Shown here piece after piece: positions 1 to 9,968 of a stretch of DNA of 64,000 nucleotides (position 1 is the first letter of the stretch; each line of letters starts with the position of its first letter). A program made the position numbers and the translations under genes. Source of the stretch: Bacteroidales bacterium (GTDB taxonomy: Bacteria > Bacteroidota > Bacteroidia > Bacteroidales > UBA1715); assembly GCA_031286165.1 (NCBI GenBank), contig JAITUU010000015.1, forward strand, positions 1,558 to 65,557. The letters run 5' to 3'. The notes beneath the pieces are model-generated. The model ran no database searches. It was not told the DNA's origin and worked only from the letters and a program-made list of their open reading frames with translations.

Positions 1-3000
1 ATAGACGATGTTGCATTTTCTCGGAACCATGTAATAGTGCCCGTAGGATTTATTGCAGTAAGAAGTGCGGCAGCACTTCCGGCGCAATTTTCATTTCCTA
101 CAAGAACAGGTTTCGCCGGTTGCGGTTTGATTACAAAGGATTTAGAATCCGCAGTGCTTACACACGATACTGTTTCGCCGGTAGAGGCAAGGCGGTCGGA
201 AATTCGTTGTGTAGCCCATATAGTATAGGCATTGGCACCGCTCCACGAAGGAGTAACAGAACCATTGGTACCCAAACCCACGTAGTCGCTTGGCGATTCG
301 GCACCTTGCACACGCGAAGGTGCAGCATTGTACCATTCTATTACAGAACCGGCAGTATTTCCGCTCACGGTAAATGCCGGTGTGATTTCGTATTCGCAAA
401 TAGATACCGGTGTGTTGATAGTAACCGATTGTGCGCGGCGGATTTGAATAGTAAGCGCAGTACGAGGACCTTCGCAGGCAGCAGGTTGTGCGCCGGCATT
501 GCTTTCGCTCACCCAATAGGTAACTTGATTTTGAGTTTTATCGAGAGTGGTAGGTGTCCACGTAGCAGTAGTAGATGCAGCACTGCTTGCAGTGGCTGTG
601 CCTATCAAAGTTCCTCCTGTTTGTGCAGAATAGAAGTTGAATACCGGAGCATGAGTAGTGGGGCGTGCGCCTTGCAACCATTGTCCGCCTTGCACGGTGA
701 GTTCCGGATTGGCGAAATAATCGCAAATAATGCGGTCGGTGGTGAGCGGTGCAGGCACAGGGCACTGAATAATTACGGTGGCAGGGGTGGTAGCACTATT
801 ACAACCGTTCACTACTTGACGAACAAAATATTGTTTGCCCGGAGCTGTTATCTCTACATTGGCAGGGTCGCCGGTAGGGAAAGGATTTTGCGTTCCGTTT
901 GTAAGAACTCCCGCAGTAGTAGTTTGTGATACGGCAGTAGCAAACCATTCTACTCGTTGGAAGCCATTTGCAGCAGTTTCTAAACTTTCGGCTTTTACCA
1001 CCACAGGTCCCGGAGCACTTGGTGCTTGTTTGTAATCTACCGTAGTAGGTGCCGGAACATATTGCACCGGAATAGTAATAGTTTTTTCGTCTTTACAGCC
1101 GTTGTTGTTGGTTACTTGGTATTTTACGGTATAGGTTGCTGTGGTTTCGCCCCACGTGCTTGGGTTGAACAGAGCGTAACTATTTGGTTCGCTGTTGTTT
1201 CCGGGTTCTATGCCGTTTGCGTGTCCTACAATAGTCCATATATTTTGTTCGGCAGTTGTGCCGGTGGTATTGTTACGAGTAACATTTGCAGTAAGCATAT
1301 TTGCGTCATCATAATTACATAATATACCGTTTTTGGCTTGTGAAATACTTGCTATTACCGGGTCGGCAAATACGGTGAGGGTAACGGCTGCTTTTTGACT
1401 TTCGCAGGTTTGACCACTATTTGCTTCGCGAGCAATGTAACTTACCCAATAAGTAGTAGTGCTTTGCGCGGGTGAATTGTAGGTAGAATTATCGCCTCCT
1501 GCGTTAGGTGCGCCCGAAATTAAGGCACCGGCAGTGCCGTTATTGTCGGCATACCAATTCCATTGCGAAGGAGTAGGAGTGGCTGCGCCGGTGGCGGTGG
1601 TAGGTGCTTTTTCGGCTTTGATAGCCAAGCCTGCGCCGGGTAGTTCTTTTTTACACGAAGCGTTTGGAGTGAGGTCGGGTGCTTGGAAAGGGCAGTCCAC
1701 TAATATAAGGTTTACCGGAGTTTGTGCACTTTCGCAACCGCGAGCATTGAATTGGGTAATATTGAATACTTTGGTAAACGGAGCACCATGTGCTTTTGCA
1801 TCGCTGTCTATTTGTTGTGTAATGTTTCCAATATTACTATATGTAGTGCTGTTGTTTTGCAATCCGGTAGTTTTGTCGGTATCGTACCAATTCATTCTAA
1901 TACCCGGTGCTTGCACGGCAGCAGTTACAAACGTGTTAGGAATATTTGCAATGTCGCTAATGAGCCAGTATTTATCTGCCGGTTGCGGCGGCGCAGGGGT
2001 AAATTGTGCGGTAACGGTAAGGTCGTTTTGATTTGGACACGATGCTTGTATTTCGTCAGAACTTCCGTGTTTTTCAGTAATAGTATATATCACTTTCATA
2101 TCTCGTTGTGTATCGCCGTTAGTCCATGGGTCGGCAGTAGCGTCCCACGAGCGACCGATATTCGGTGTAAATCCCTTCCATGAAGAACCGCTTTGGTCAA
2201 ACGTAAATGAAGACGATGAGGAAAGTGTTGAAGGGTCGGGAGTGAGTTTGAATTTTATAGGATTTTCGTTACGTTTTGCGTCGGTGGCACAAAAATAGGT
2301 ATCGCCATTGGTATTATCCACAGTAATAGTAACATTCGGTTTGTTGTGAATAGAAAGAGTTACAATACCGCCCGAAGACCAGCAATCATTGTCCTTGTCG
2401 TATTCGGCTACATAGAGTGTTTGCGTACTTGCTGTTTGGTTGGCAGATGTGTAGGTAGTTCCTGTACCTAAAATAGTTACGCCATTTTGAGGGAAGGTAG
2501 TTGTATTGCCGGTAAGTCCCACAGGGTTTTTATCGAACCATGCTACTTTTGCAGGGTCAGCAAAAACTGTTGCTTCAAGGCTTGCAGTTTCGCCTAAGCA
2601 GAAGTGTGCATTTTTGGCTTCAGGCGTTTGTGCAGGGCACGAAGTTATGTTTAAAATAGCTGCTTGACATTCGCTGTAACAAGTTTCATTTCCCGCAATT
2701 TGTTTTGTAGCGCGAATTTGGTAGGGATATGTTCCTTTTCCATCGGCTTCGGTTTTACCTGTTTGGTACGTCAATCCTTCAAACAAAATACCCGAAGTGG
2801 TGAGCGCATCGCAGTTGCCATTGGCAAACCACTCAATGGCATTTGCTCCGCTTGGAAGTGTTGCTGTTAAGTTGGTATTTTCACCTGCGGTAAAGTTTCC
2901 ATTGCTTTGAATTTGAATAACTTTTTCCACGAGGGTGGGTTGCGTTACTGCCACGCTGGTAACGCTTGTGGTAGCATCGCCTTTACAGCCTTTGTCATCT

Positions 3001-6000
3001 TCGTAGAGGTAACTGAAATTTTGTGTGCCGCCTGCGGCAAACGGTGAATATTCGCCGGTAGAGGCATTTACCGTACCGTTGCTGCTGCTGAATTCGCCGC
3101 CTGAGGGAGCACCTACGAGTGCAAGATTGCTTGCATTCCAGCACACTTCGGCAGGTGCGGTGAGTGTTACCGTAGGAGGGGTATTAATTGTAAACGTAGT
3201 TTCCGCACTTCCTTTACAGTTGTTGGCATCGGTGTAATGTACACTGATAGTTTTTTGTCCGCTGCTTAAGCCGGTGGTGCTGAATGCGCCGGTACTTGTG
3301 TTTATACCTGTTATACCGCTGTATGCAAACCCGGTAGTGTTACCCATTTGCGCAGCAGTAGTAGGTGCGGTAGGAGTTACGGTTATAGTTATATCTTTGG
3401 AAGGATTCAAGGTATTTACTTCGCACGCACTTGCCGCGCTTGGGGCTATGGTGAAAGTTGGGTTCGGATTTACGGTAATAGTAGTTACCGGAGTAGCTTC
3501 GCCAATACAGCCATTGAGGGTAGGGGTAACGGTAATAGTGCTTGTAATAGCAGCATTGGTAGCGTTTTGGGCAGTAAACGATGCTATATATTCCGAACCG
3601 TTTGCGGCTATGCCGGTGGTGGTGTTGGTAGCAGTCCATGCGTAGTCAATGGCACTTGCCGCAGGTGTGCCGGTAAAGGTAATAAGCGTAGTATTTTCTC
3701 CGGCGCAGAGTGTTTGATTCGGAATTACACTTACGGTAGGAATTTCTTTGATTTTTACGGTAGCAGGAGCGGAAGTAGCCTCGCAACCGTTGTTATCTAC
3801 CACTGTTACGCTTGCGCTGTAAATTCCTGCAACGGTAGATGTAAGTACGTTGGTAGTGGCACCGGTTCCGCCACTCACACTTCCGCCTGTGTCGAGTTTC
3901 CAATTTTTGTAGGTATAAGGAGCACTTCCTTTTGCAGGAGTGGCAGTGAGTGTAAGTGCTGCTTTTTGACAGGCTTCGGCAGGGGCTATGGTAGCAGTAG
4001 GAAGTTCATATACTTCAAATTCCACAGTGGCACTCACCGGGCAGGCATTCGATGCCGAGCCTGCAATTTCTACCTGTACTTTGTGTACTCCGGCAGCAAG
4101 ATTGCTCAAATTGACAGGTGTGAGGCTACCATCGCCTGTGGCAGCACTCAATGTACCGCCACCGCTTACTACGGTGTATTTGAGGGATTCGTTTGCGGTG
4201 AGAGAACCGTCTAAACTAAATCGACTGCGAATGTCTATCGAAGTTTTTGTGCCTTCGCAGAAATCAATCTTATCGGTTTTCAGCGTAATGCCCGGAGGTG
4301 TTACTAAGGTAATTTTTACCGAAGCGGCAGAAGTACCTTCGCATTTGTTTGCGTCTTTTATATCGCTTAGCGTATAGATAATCCCTGCGGCATCTCCTGT
4401 CCAGCCGGTAATTTCACTTTTCCCGGTAGCATCGGTAGTGTAGGTTTTTCCGTCTATGGTAAAGTTCACCGGAGAGGCTCCTTTGGTAAATTGCACGGTA
4501 ACAGTGTGCGCGTTCAATTCACTAATGCAGCCGATTTTATCGGGACCTATGGTATAAACAGGGTTTTCGTGTTCTGTTATCGTAATAGCGTTGCTAGTGA
4601 ATGTACAACCATTGAGGGTAATTTTGCAGGTATAAATACCTGCGGTGGCATTATTGAGCGTTGTTGCTGTAGGAGATGCCGCTCCTTGCGAAACGCCGCC
4701 TTTGAACCATTCATAGCTAGCACCGGTAAGGCTAATGCCGGTTTCGGCTTCAAGCGAAAGGCTAATGCCGGTGGCTGATTTTTCGCTTGCGCAGTATTCT
4801 GTTTTTGTGGCATTGAGCGTTGCCTTCGGCGTAGGGTTTATAGTAATAGTTTGGCTTGCGGTAGCAGGCAGTGTACCTGCGCAACCGTTGGCATCGGTAA
4901 ATTCTTTCAGTTCGTAGGTATAAGTGCCGGGTGCGCTTGGCAGCGTAGTGCCGGTAAGGTTTGCCTTAGAAGAAGCAGTAGTACCCGAAGTTACGCCAAG
5001 TCCACCGGTTGTGAAGGTTGAAGTAAAGGTATATTCTGCTTTTCCTCCGGCAAATTCTACCGTAATAGGTGCAACAGTTGCACCCTCGCAGTAGATAGCC
5101 TGTCCGCCCAACGTGGCGGTAGGGGTAGGGTTTGAAACCACCAGTACTGAATCCCATTTGTAGCAGGCGTCAGACGTGGCAAATGCAGCATCGAAGGCTA
5201 ACACATAGAATTTAGTGCCTTGTTCAGTAGCATCGGTATAGTTTATTGTTTGATTTGAAGTAGTTACACCGGTTTCTGTTTTCAAGCCTGTTCCGCCGGT
5301 GCCGGCATTGTAAGTTGCCGTATTTACCGGTGCTTTAATCCAGCGAATGGTGTATTTGGGAGTGTAGGCAGGGCTGGGCATAATATCGTTGGTGCTCAAA
5401 GCCACGCTTTCGCCTTTACATAAGTTAATAGTGCGAATAGTGCCTGCGCCATCGGGAGTAGTTGTAAGCTTAGCCGTACTTGGTGTTTGTATTGCTATGT
5501 CTTTCGATACCGTACAGTCGGGGCAGTTATCTTCTATAAATACCGGCACGCGGTCGCAAAAACGCTGTGCGGTTTGGAATTTGATGTCGAATGCCATGTG
5601 TCCAAAGTTCGATTGATTACCATTGCTACCAATAGCACCACCAAGATTGAACTTAATAATAGTTTGATTCACATCATCGTTTCCGCTATTAGCCAATGTA
5701 CATGAAGTGGCAAATACTTTTGGATTGCCAAGTCCGGTACCGCTGTATGCAGATGGACCTATAAAATATTCACCCGGAGCCAAAGTTACACTTCCTTTTG
5801 CAATTAATTCAACCATTAAATCTTGTACTTCGCTACCTCGTGTTCTTTCGTATAAATCAGTTACCAAAGTACCGACTGCGGTTCCGGTGGGAACTTTCGT
5901 ATTACTGTTGGTACCTGCTTTGTATATTCCTAAGGTAACTGTTCCACTTCCAGATGCACCAACATTATACAATGACGACATAAAGAATAATTTAGATTCT

Positions 6001-8285
6001 GTAATAGTAACTGTTTCATACACCGTGAAACCGGTATAGTTTGTATTATTAAAACCTGTAATTGCACCCGGATTTGGTAAATTAACATCTCGATTTGTTG
6101 TTTGGCACGGTGCAGAACTTCGTTTTATAAACGTACCCGCAGCAGCAGCACTTTCTTCCACCCACGCCACGCGATATTTGTTGGCAGGTGTGGGGCAAGT
6201 TACGCCGGTGGGTAGTGTGGTTGCGCTGCAGAGTTTGAGTGTGCTTATATCGTTTATTACTGCCGAAACAGGTGCTGCCGGAGCAGTGCCGGAGCCGGTG
6301 GTGGCAGAGCCGCCGGTGGTGGTGGCAAGTGCCGTGCCGCCTACTTCGGCAGCATACCAATTATACACACGGAATTTTATGTCGTTTGCCACCGCCGGTG
6401 CATTAGGGGCTACCCACACCGTTGCTTTTTTGGTAGTGCAATTAAGGCTTAGGTTTGTGGGGTCTTTGTATTCTTGTTTAAAGAATTTCACTTCCATACT
6501 ATCGGCGGCGGGAGGAAAATTACCGCAAGGAGCATTTGTTCCTGTATATTCTACTTCTACTTTCCATCGACCTTCTCCTTTATCGCCTTTTGCTAACATT
6601 TCGGCAACAGTAAGAATTTTATTAGAGTTAGTACTGGCTTTCCCACTTTTTACTTGAGTCCAAGTAGTGGTACCCGGTGCTTGGTAATACCACGTAATGG
6701 TATATTTTGTAAGTATTGTAGCAGCAGTAATTTTATCTGAGAATCCTGATTTTAATTCCTGTCCGGCAAATTGAGTTTTGCATATTTCTACTAATTTTGG
6801 CGAAATATCTGCCATAGGTGCAAGGTCTTGTGCTCCACAACTTATAGGAAGAGTAATTTCAAAAGGGGTTGGTGCATCATCTGTATTTGGTGTTGTTGAA
6901 CCAGCAGGTTTATAACCCAATCCAAGCATGCCGGTTACTCCTGCATCACTATTTGTGTTACAACCAAAGGCATATATTTTGTTATCCATGGTAATAAACC
7001 AACCGCCATGGTCGGCACGGTTGATAAGGAAAATATTGCCTGTGGTATTTGCTGTGCTATTAATATAGCGTGTATAGCCTTTAGTATTATCGCCCTCGGT
7101 AGAAATGCTTGAACCACCACCACCGGCATTACAACCCTTATCGCCACCCCATACTACGGCTCTATCGTCCATGGTAACTGCCATACCGAAACCTTGTCCT
7201 CCGGCTACTTGTTTTGCTTTCAAAAAAGCATTTGGGTCATACGTTCCTCCATTTGGCACTACATCACGAATTTTTCTCGGTTTCCAACCGCTCCCATGAG
7301 GATTTCCGGTAGGACCAAGTTGATTATCCCATCCACCATTACCCCAGCCCCATACGTAATCATCGTTGTCTATGGCATAACCAACGCCATCGGAGCAAGA
7401 AAGATATTTAATATTATTCATAAATCCGGTGCCCGAACCATCAAGACCGGCATAACTGATTTTGGTAGCATAATTGGTTTGTCCCGCGGCTCTTCCCAAA
7501 GCACCATTTCCTTCGGAGGAACCGTTGATTGCCGCGCCTTGGCTCCAACCCCAACTCCATACTTGTCCACTTGCGTCTAATGCGTAAGCAGCATTATCGC
7601 CGGCGCACACCATAACTACGTTTTTTAAGCGTTGTCCGGCTCCGGTAAGTACATAAGCTGCTTCATAACTATCGGTTTGTGTGCCGTTACCCAATATACC
7701 GTAGGTGTGGGTATATTGGTTATCTCCGGCACCATTGCCTCCCCACGATACTAAATCACCGTTGCTTAAAATAGCATAACTCGAAGCATTACCTGCATAT
7801 ACTACCTTTGCGTCTATTAAATAAGTAACTCCGGCAACGGTTTCTTTAAACGCTGCATCAATACCGCTCCCCGCACGCACACGTACCGGCGCACTTACTA
7901 TACCTCCTTTTACGCCGTTACCTACTTGCCCGCGGTCGTTACCACCCCAACTCCATACGTGAGATTTTGGTTGCGCAGCACTTGTGCACGATAATGCCAC
8001 AAAGTGCCCACCCGAACCGGAATTTACTTGTTTCATATCCTCATTATTAAATGAGGCTTTTGGTATTATGGTAGGAGATGTTACTATGGATACAATCGCT
8101 CCGGCACCCAATCTGCCACCATCGTTTTTCCCCCACACTGCCACCAGCGTATTGGAGCAAATATAACTTGACACCGAGTTCCCCCCCGAAATGGTAAGGT
8201 TTGCCTGCGCCCATACGCTTGTACTACAAAGAAGTAGCGCGCTCACTGCGCACACTATACTGCGTAAAAAATGTTTTGTTTTCAT
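1..8285 (-). CDS. Giant secreted adhesin-like protein (>2760 aa, C-terminal end beyond the left window edge): signal peptide, RCC1-like beta-propeller head, then many Cys-containing Ig-like repeats; probable T9SS cargo
   Basis: Manual translation from ATG 8285 gives MKTKHFLRSIVCAVSALLLCSTSVWAQ, with RCC1-type blades (VWSWGGNDRGQVGNG, LVSWGGNG, VWSWGW, VWGWGNGG, IYAFGCN) and Ig-like units (e.g. YTDANNCKG, TTTYWVS..CES). Frame spot-checked at 7559, 3638 and 59, and no stop was found to position 1. In-frame ATGs also occur at 8309 and 8327. Confidence 0.88.
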   Translation of the reverse strand, partial: MKTKHFLRSIVCAVSALLLCSTSVWAQANLTISGGNSVSSYICSNTLVAVWGKNDGGRLGAGAIVSIVTSPTIIPKASFNNEDMKQVNSGSGGHFVALSCTSAAQPKSHVWSWGGNDRGQVGNGVKGGIVSAPVRVRAGSGIDAAFKETVAGVTYLIDAKVVYAGNASSYAILSNGDLVSWGGNGAGDNQYTHTYGILGNGTQTDSYEAAYVLTGAGQRLKNVVMVCAGDNAAYALDASGQVWSWGWSQGAAINGSSEGNGALGRAAGQTNYATKISYAGLDGSGTGFMNNIKYLSCSDGVGYAIDNDDYVWGWGNGGWDNQLGPTGNPHGSGWKPRKIRDVVPNGGTYDPNAFLKAKQVAGGQGFGMAVTMDDRAVVWGGDKGCNAGGGGSSISTEGDNTKGYTRYINSTANTTGNIFLINRADHGGWFITMDNKIYAFGCNTNSDAGVTGMLGLGYKPAGSTTPNTDDAPTPFEITLPISCGAQDLAPMADISPKLVEICKTQFAGQELKSGFSDKITAATILTKYTITWYYQAPGTTTWTQVKSGKASTNSNKILTVAEMLAKGDKGEGRWKVEVEYTGTNAPCGNFPPAADSMEVKFFKQEYKDPTNLSLNCTTKKATVWVAPNAPAVANDIKFRVYNWYAAEVGGTALATTTGGSATTGSGTAPAAPVSAVINDISTLKLCSATTLPTGVTCPTPANKYRVAWVEESAAAAGTFIKRSSAPCQTTNRDVNLPNPGAITGFNNTNYTGFTVYETVTITESKLFFMSSLYNVGASGSGTVTLGIYKAGTNSNTKVPTGTAVGTLVTDLYERTRGSEVQDLMVELIAKGSVTLAPGEYFIGPSAYSGTGLGNPKVFATSCTLANSGNDDVNQTIIKFNLGGAIGSNGNQSNFGHMAFDIKFQTAQRFCDRVPVFIEDNCPDCTVSKDIAIQTPSTAKLTTTPDGAGTIRTINLCKGESVALSTNDIMPSPAYTPKYTIRWIKAPVNTATYNAGTGGTGLKTETGVTTSNQTINYTDATEQGTKFYVLAFDAAFATSDACYKWDSVLVVSNPTPTATLGGQAIYCEGATVAPITVEFAGGKAEYTFTSTFTTGGLGVTSGTTASSKANLTGTTLPSAPGTYTYELKEFTDANGCAGTLPATASQTITINPTPKATLNATKTEYCASEKSATGISLSLEAETGISLTGASYEWFKGGVSQGAASPTATTLNNATAGIYTCKITLNGCTFTSNAITITEHENPVYTIGPDKIGCISELNAHTVTVQFTKGASPVNFTIDGKTYTTDATGKSEITGWTGDAAGIIYTLSDIKDANKCEGTSAASVKITLVTPPGITLKTDKIDFCEGTKTSIDIRSRFSLDGSLTANESLKYTVVSGGGTLSAATGDGSLTPVNLSNLAAGVHKVQVEIAGSASNACPVSATVEFEVYELPTATIAPAEACQKAALTLTATPAKGSAPYTYKNWKLDTGGSVSGGTGATTNVLTSTVAGIYSASVTVVDNNGCEATSAPATVKIKEIPTVSVIPNQTLCAGENTTLITFTGTPAASAIDYAWTATNTTTGIAANGSEYIASFTAQNATNAAITSTITVTPTLNGCIGEATPVTTITVNPNPTFTIAPSAASACEVNTLNPSKDITITVTPTAPTTAAQMGNTTGFAYSGITGINTSTGAFSTTGLSSGQKTISVHYTDANNCKGSAETTFTINTPPTVTLTAPAEVCWNASNLALVGAPSGGEFSSSNGTVNASTGEYSPFAAGGTQNFSYLYEDDKGCKGDATTSVTSVAVTQPTLVEKVIQIQSNGNFTAGENTNLTATLPSGANAIEWFANGNCDALTTSGILFEGLTYQTGKTEADGKGTYPYQIRATKQIAGNETCYSECQAAILNITSCPAQTPEAKNAHFCLGETASLEATVFADPAKVAWFDKNPVGLTGNTTTFPQNGVTILGTGTTYTSANQTASTQTLYVAEYDKDNDCWSSGGIVTLSIHNKPNVTITVDNTNGDTYFCATDAKRNENPIKFKLTPDPSTLSSSSSFTFDQSGSSWKGFTPNIGRSWDATADPWTNGDTQRDMKVIYTITEKHGSSDEIQASCPNQNDLTVTAQFTPAPPQPADKYWLISDIANIPNTFVTAAVQAPGIRMNWYDTDKTTGLQNNSTTYSNIGNITQQIDSDAKAHGAPFTKVFNITQFNARGCESAQTPVNLILVDCPFQAPDLTPNASCKKELPGAGLAIKAEKAPTTATGAATPTPSQWNWYADNNGTAGALISGAPNAGGDNSTYNSPAQSTTTYWVSYIAREANSGQTCESQKAAVTLTVFADPVIASISQAKNGILCNYDDANMLTANVTRNNTTGTTAEQNIWTIVGHANGIEPGNNSEPNSYALFNPSTWGETTATYTVKYQVTNNNGCKDEKTITIPVQYVPAPTTVDYKQAPSAPGPVVVKAESLETAANGFQRVEWFATAVSQTTTAGVLTNGTQNPFPTGDPANVEITAPGKQYFVRQVVNGCNSATTPATVIIQCPVPAPLTTDRIICDYFANPELTVQGGQWLQGARPTTHAPVFNFYSAQTGGTLIGTATASSAASTTATWTPTTLDKTQNQVTYWVSESNAGAQPAACEGPRTALTIQIRRAQSVTINTPVSICEYEITPAFTVSGNTAGSVIEWYNAAPSRVQGAESPSDYVGLGTNGSVTPSWSGANAYTIWATQRISDRLASTGETVSCVSTADSKSFVIKPQPAKPVLVGNENCAGSAAALLTAINPTGTITWFRENATSS

Positions 8286-8407
8286 TGTATTGTTATTTCT
8301 ATGTATCATTGTATTTATGTTTATCATTTCTTATTTCCGGTTTGTACTATTTTGTACTCAATACTCATATTTTGTATCTTGTTTCTATAGTCTTGTACCT
8401 TGTAATT

Positions 8408-8451
8408 GTCTGAACCACGATTTACAGGATTACAGGATTTTTAGGATTTTT
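8408..8451. repeat. GTCTGAACC-headed repeat, half element (copy A)
   Basis: gtctgaaccacgatttacaggattacaggatttttaggattttt; same head as 8615 and 18309. Confidence 0.75.
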
Positions 8452-8480
8452 CCATAATTCGTAATTGTGAATAAAACGCG

Positions 8481-8488
8481 CAAAAATA
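8481..8488 (-). promoter_or_regulatory. Bacteroidota sigma-A -7 box (TATTTTTG) upstream of the giant adhesin gene
   Basis: Reverse complement of caaaaata matches TAnnTTTG, about 195 nt upstream of the ATG. Confidence 0.55.
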
Positions 8489-8614
8489 CAAAATATGATT
8501 TGTATCATGCAGAAATAAGACTAAAAAAACAAGAAAATAGTTGCATGCTCATATAAAAAAATGTTTGTGGTCATGGTAAGTTGCTTATAATCAAGAAAAA
8601 AAAGTTTGTACATT

Positions 8615-8709
8615 GTCTGAACCACAATTTTCAAGATTACAAGATTTTCAGGATTTTTTCTAAAGAATCTTGGTAATTATGAAAATCTTGTAAAAATCAT
8701 GGTTCAGAC
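8615..8709. repeat. Palindromic MITE/REP-like element with GTCTGAACCA...TGGTTCAGAC termini (copy B)
   Basis: Perfect 10-bp terminal inverted repeat; the arms carry inverted caagatt/aatcttg subrepeats. Confidence 0.8.
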
Positions 8710-8726
8710 TTTTTCTGAGCGAAACG

Positions 8727-8776
8727 AAATAATTTACCATTTACAATAAATCATTAATAATTAAATTGTATTTTTG
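8727..8776 (+). repeat. Heptamer-built promoter repeat, copy 1 (ends in TATTTTTG -7 box)
   Basis: 44/50 identical to copy 3 at 9969. Confidence 0.8.
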
Positions 8777-8795
8777 GTGCTACAATTACAGAAGT

Positions 8796-9061
8796 ATGAG
8801 TTTTGTTTTTCAAATCACGCTATTGAGCAAATAGAACGGCGCGGCATTTCTCGCGAAACCGCAATAACCGCTATGGAAAATCCCGACCAAATATGCGTAG
8901 ATACAGAAAATCAAGACCTTCGCATCTATCACTATTTGCTCAAAGAACATGAGCAGATGTTTCTTCTGCGAATTTTCGTGAATGTAATGAAGCAACCGAA
9001 TGTAATTGTAACTATATATAAAACCACCAAAATACACAAGTACTATGAAAGTAAAATATGA
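8796..9061 (+). pseudogene. DUF4258-family putative toxin, probably frameshifted near the start
   Basis: FSNHAIEQIERRGIS...LLRIFVN...IVTIYKTTKIHKY is typical of DUF4258. ATG 8796 (MSFVF) is one T short of the main frame. The in-frame TTG/GTG starts (8774/8777) overlap the promoter box. Confidence 0.6.
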
Positions 9062-9239
9062 CAAAGAACAAGATATTATGTATGTTTCGTTCAGCGATGA
9101 AGCAGTATTTGAAAGCGATGAAGAAAAACAAGGGGTAATCATAGATTATTCTGCGCAAGGAACAGTAGTGGGCATGGAAATTCTGAGTGCTTCTAAGCAT
9201 ATAGGCAATCCGCTGAAAGTGGAATACGAAATCGCGTAA
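9045..9239 (+). CDS. DUF2283-family putative antitoxin
   Basis: MKVKYDKEQDIMYVSF...GVIIDYSAQGTVVGMEILSAS signature; overlaps the DUF4258 gene. Confidence 0.85.
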   Translation: MKVKYDKEQDIMYVSFSDEAVFESDEEKQGVIIDYSAQGTVVGMEILSASKHIGNPLKVEYEIA

Positions 9240-9294
9240 ATAATTCACAATTTACCATTTACCATTAACAATTAAATTGTATGTTTGTACAAAT
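9238..9294 (+). repeat. Heptamer-built promoter repeat, copy 2 (TATGTTTG -7 box at 9280-9287)
   Basis: 55/57 identical to 9969-10025. Confidence 0.9.
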
Positions 9295-9308
9295 CAAAAC
9301 ACAGCAAT

Positions 9309-9566
9309 ATGGCAGCAACGGCACAAATACAATATGCGGTAACCCTACCGGCAAACGACATACTGTTTTTTTCGGAATTAATCAAACGCAATAAATGGAA
9401 ATTAACCCCATTGACCAAAGAAAAAAACACAAAATCGTTCTCTGCTGAGCAAATAGCCATTGTAGAGATGGCGCAAAACGCATGCAACAAACAATTACAG
9501 GGTGCACCCAACCTTTCAACACAAGAAATTGTGCAAGAAGTACGAAATTATCGACATGGAAAATAG
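9309..9566 (+). CDS. Putative antitoxin of PIN TA pair
   Basis: Small ORF overlapping the PIN gene; C-terminal LSTQEIVQEVRNYR resembles PIN-partner antitoxins; ATG 9309 lies downstream of the promoter. Confidence 0.65.
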   Translation: MAATAQIQYAVTLPANDILFFSELIKRNKWKLTPLTKEKNTKSFSAEQIAIVEMAQNACNKQLQGAPNLSTQEIVQEVRNYRHGK

Positions 9567-9960
9567 GGTTGTATTCGATACCAATATTTGGATTAGTAAA
9601 ATCATTACCGGCACCTTACCCACATTTGTTGCGTGGATTTTTGCGCACCACATACAAGCCTTGCGTTCGGAACGCTCAACCGATGAACTGTATGCAGTAT
9701 TGAGCCGCAAGAAATTTGAGAAACACCACATAGATGTACAGGCAAACATGGAGGTATATAAAGCCTTGTGCAAATATTGTAACACCAAAACGCTTTTTAC
9801 CGACTGTGTCGATGTAAACGATAATTTTCTATTCGACCTTGCCATACAAGGAAAGGCGCAGTATATCGTTTCATCCGATAAAATTGTGCTCGCCACACCT
9901 CTGCACCACAGAAAATTACAACTCCTTACCTTCACGCAATTCAAAACCATAATCGGGTAA
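9556..9960 (+). CDS. PIN-domain toxin (PIN_3/TIGR00305-like)
   Basis: RVVFDTNIWIS, DEL, CVDVNDNFLFDLA, IVSSDK acidic tetrad. Confidence 0.85.
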   Translation: MENRVVFDTNIWISKIITGTLPTFVAWIFAHHIQALRSERSTDELYAVLSRKKFEKHHIDVQANMEVYKALCKYCNTKTLFTDCVDVNDNFLFDLAIQGKAQYIVSSDKIVLATPLHHRKLQLLTFTQFKTIIG

Positions 9961-9968
9961 TTACCCCA

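Noticed and set aside
37-8457. Many plus-strand and short minus-strand ORFs of 60-290 aa in the ORF track
   Set aside because: They are shadows of the giant minus-strand gene and have no recognisable motifs.
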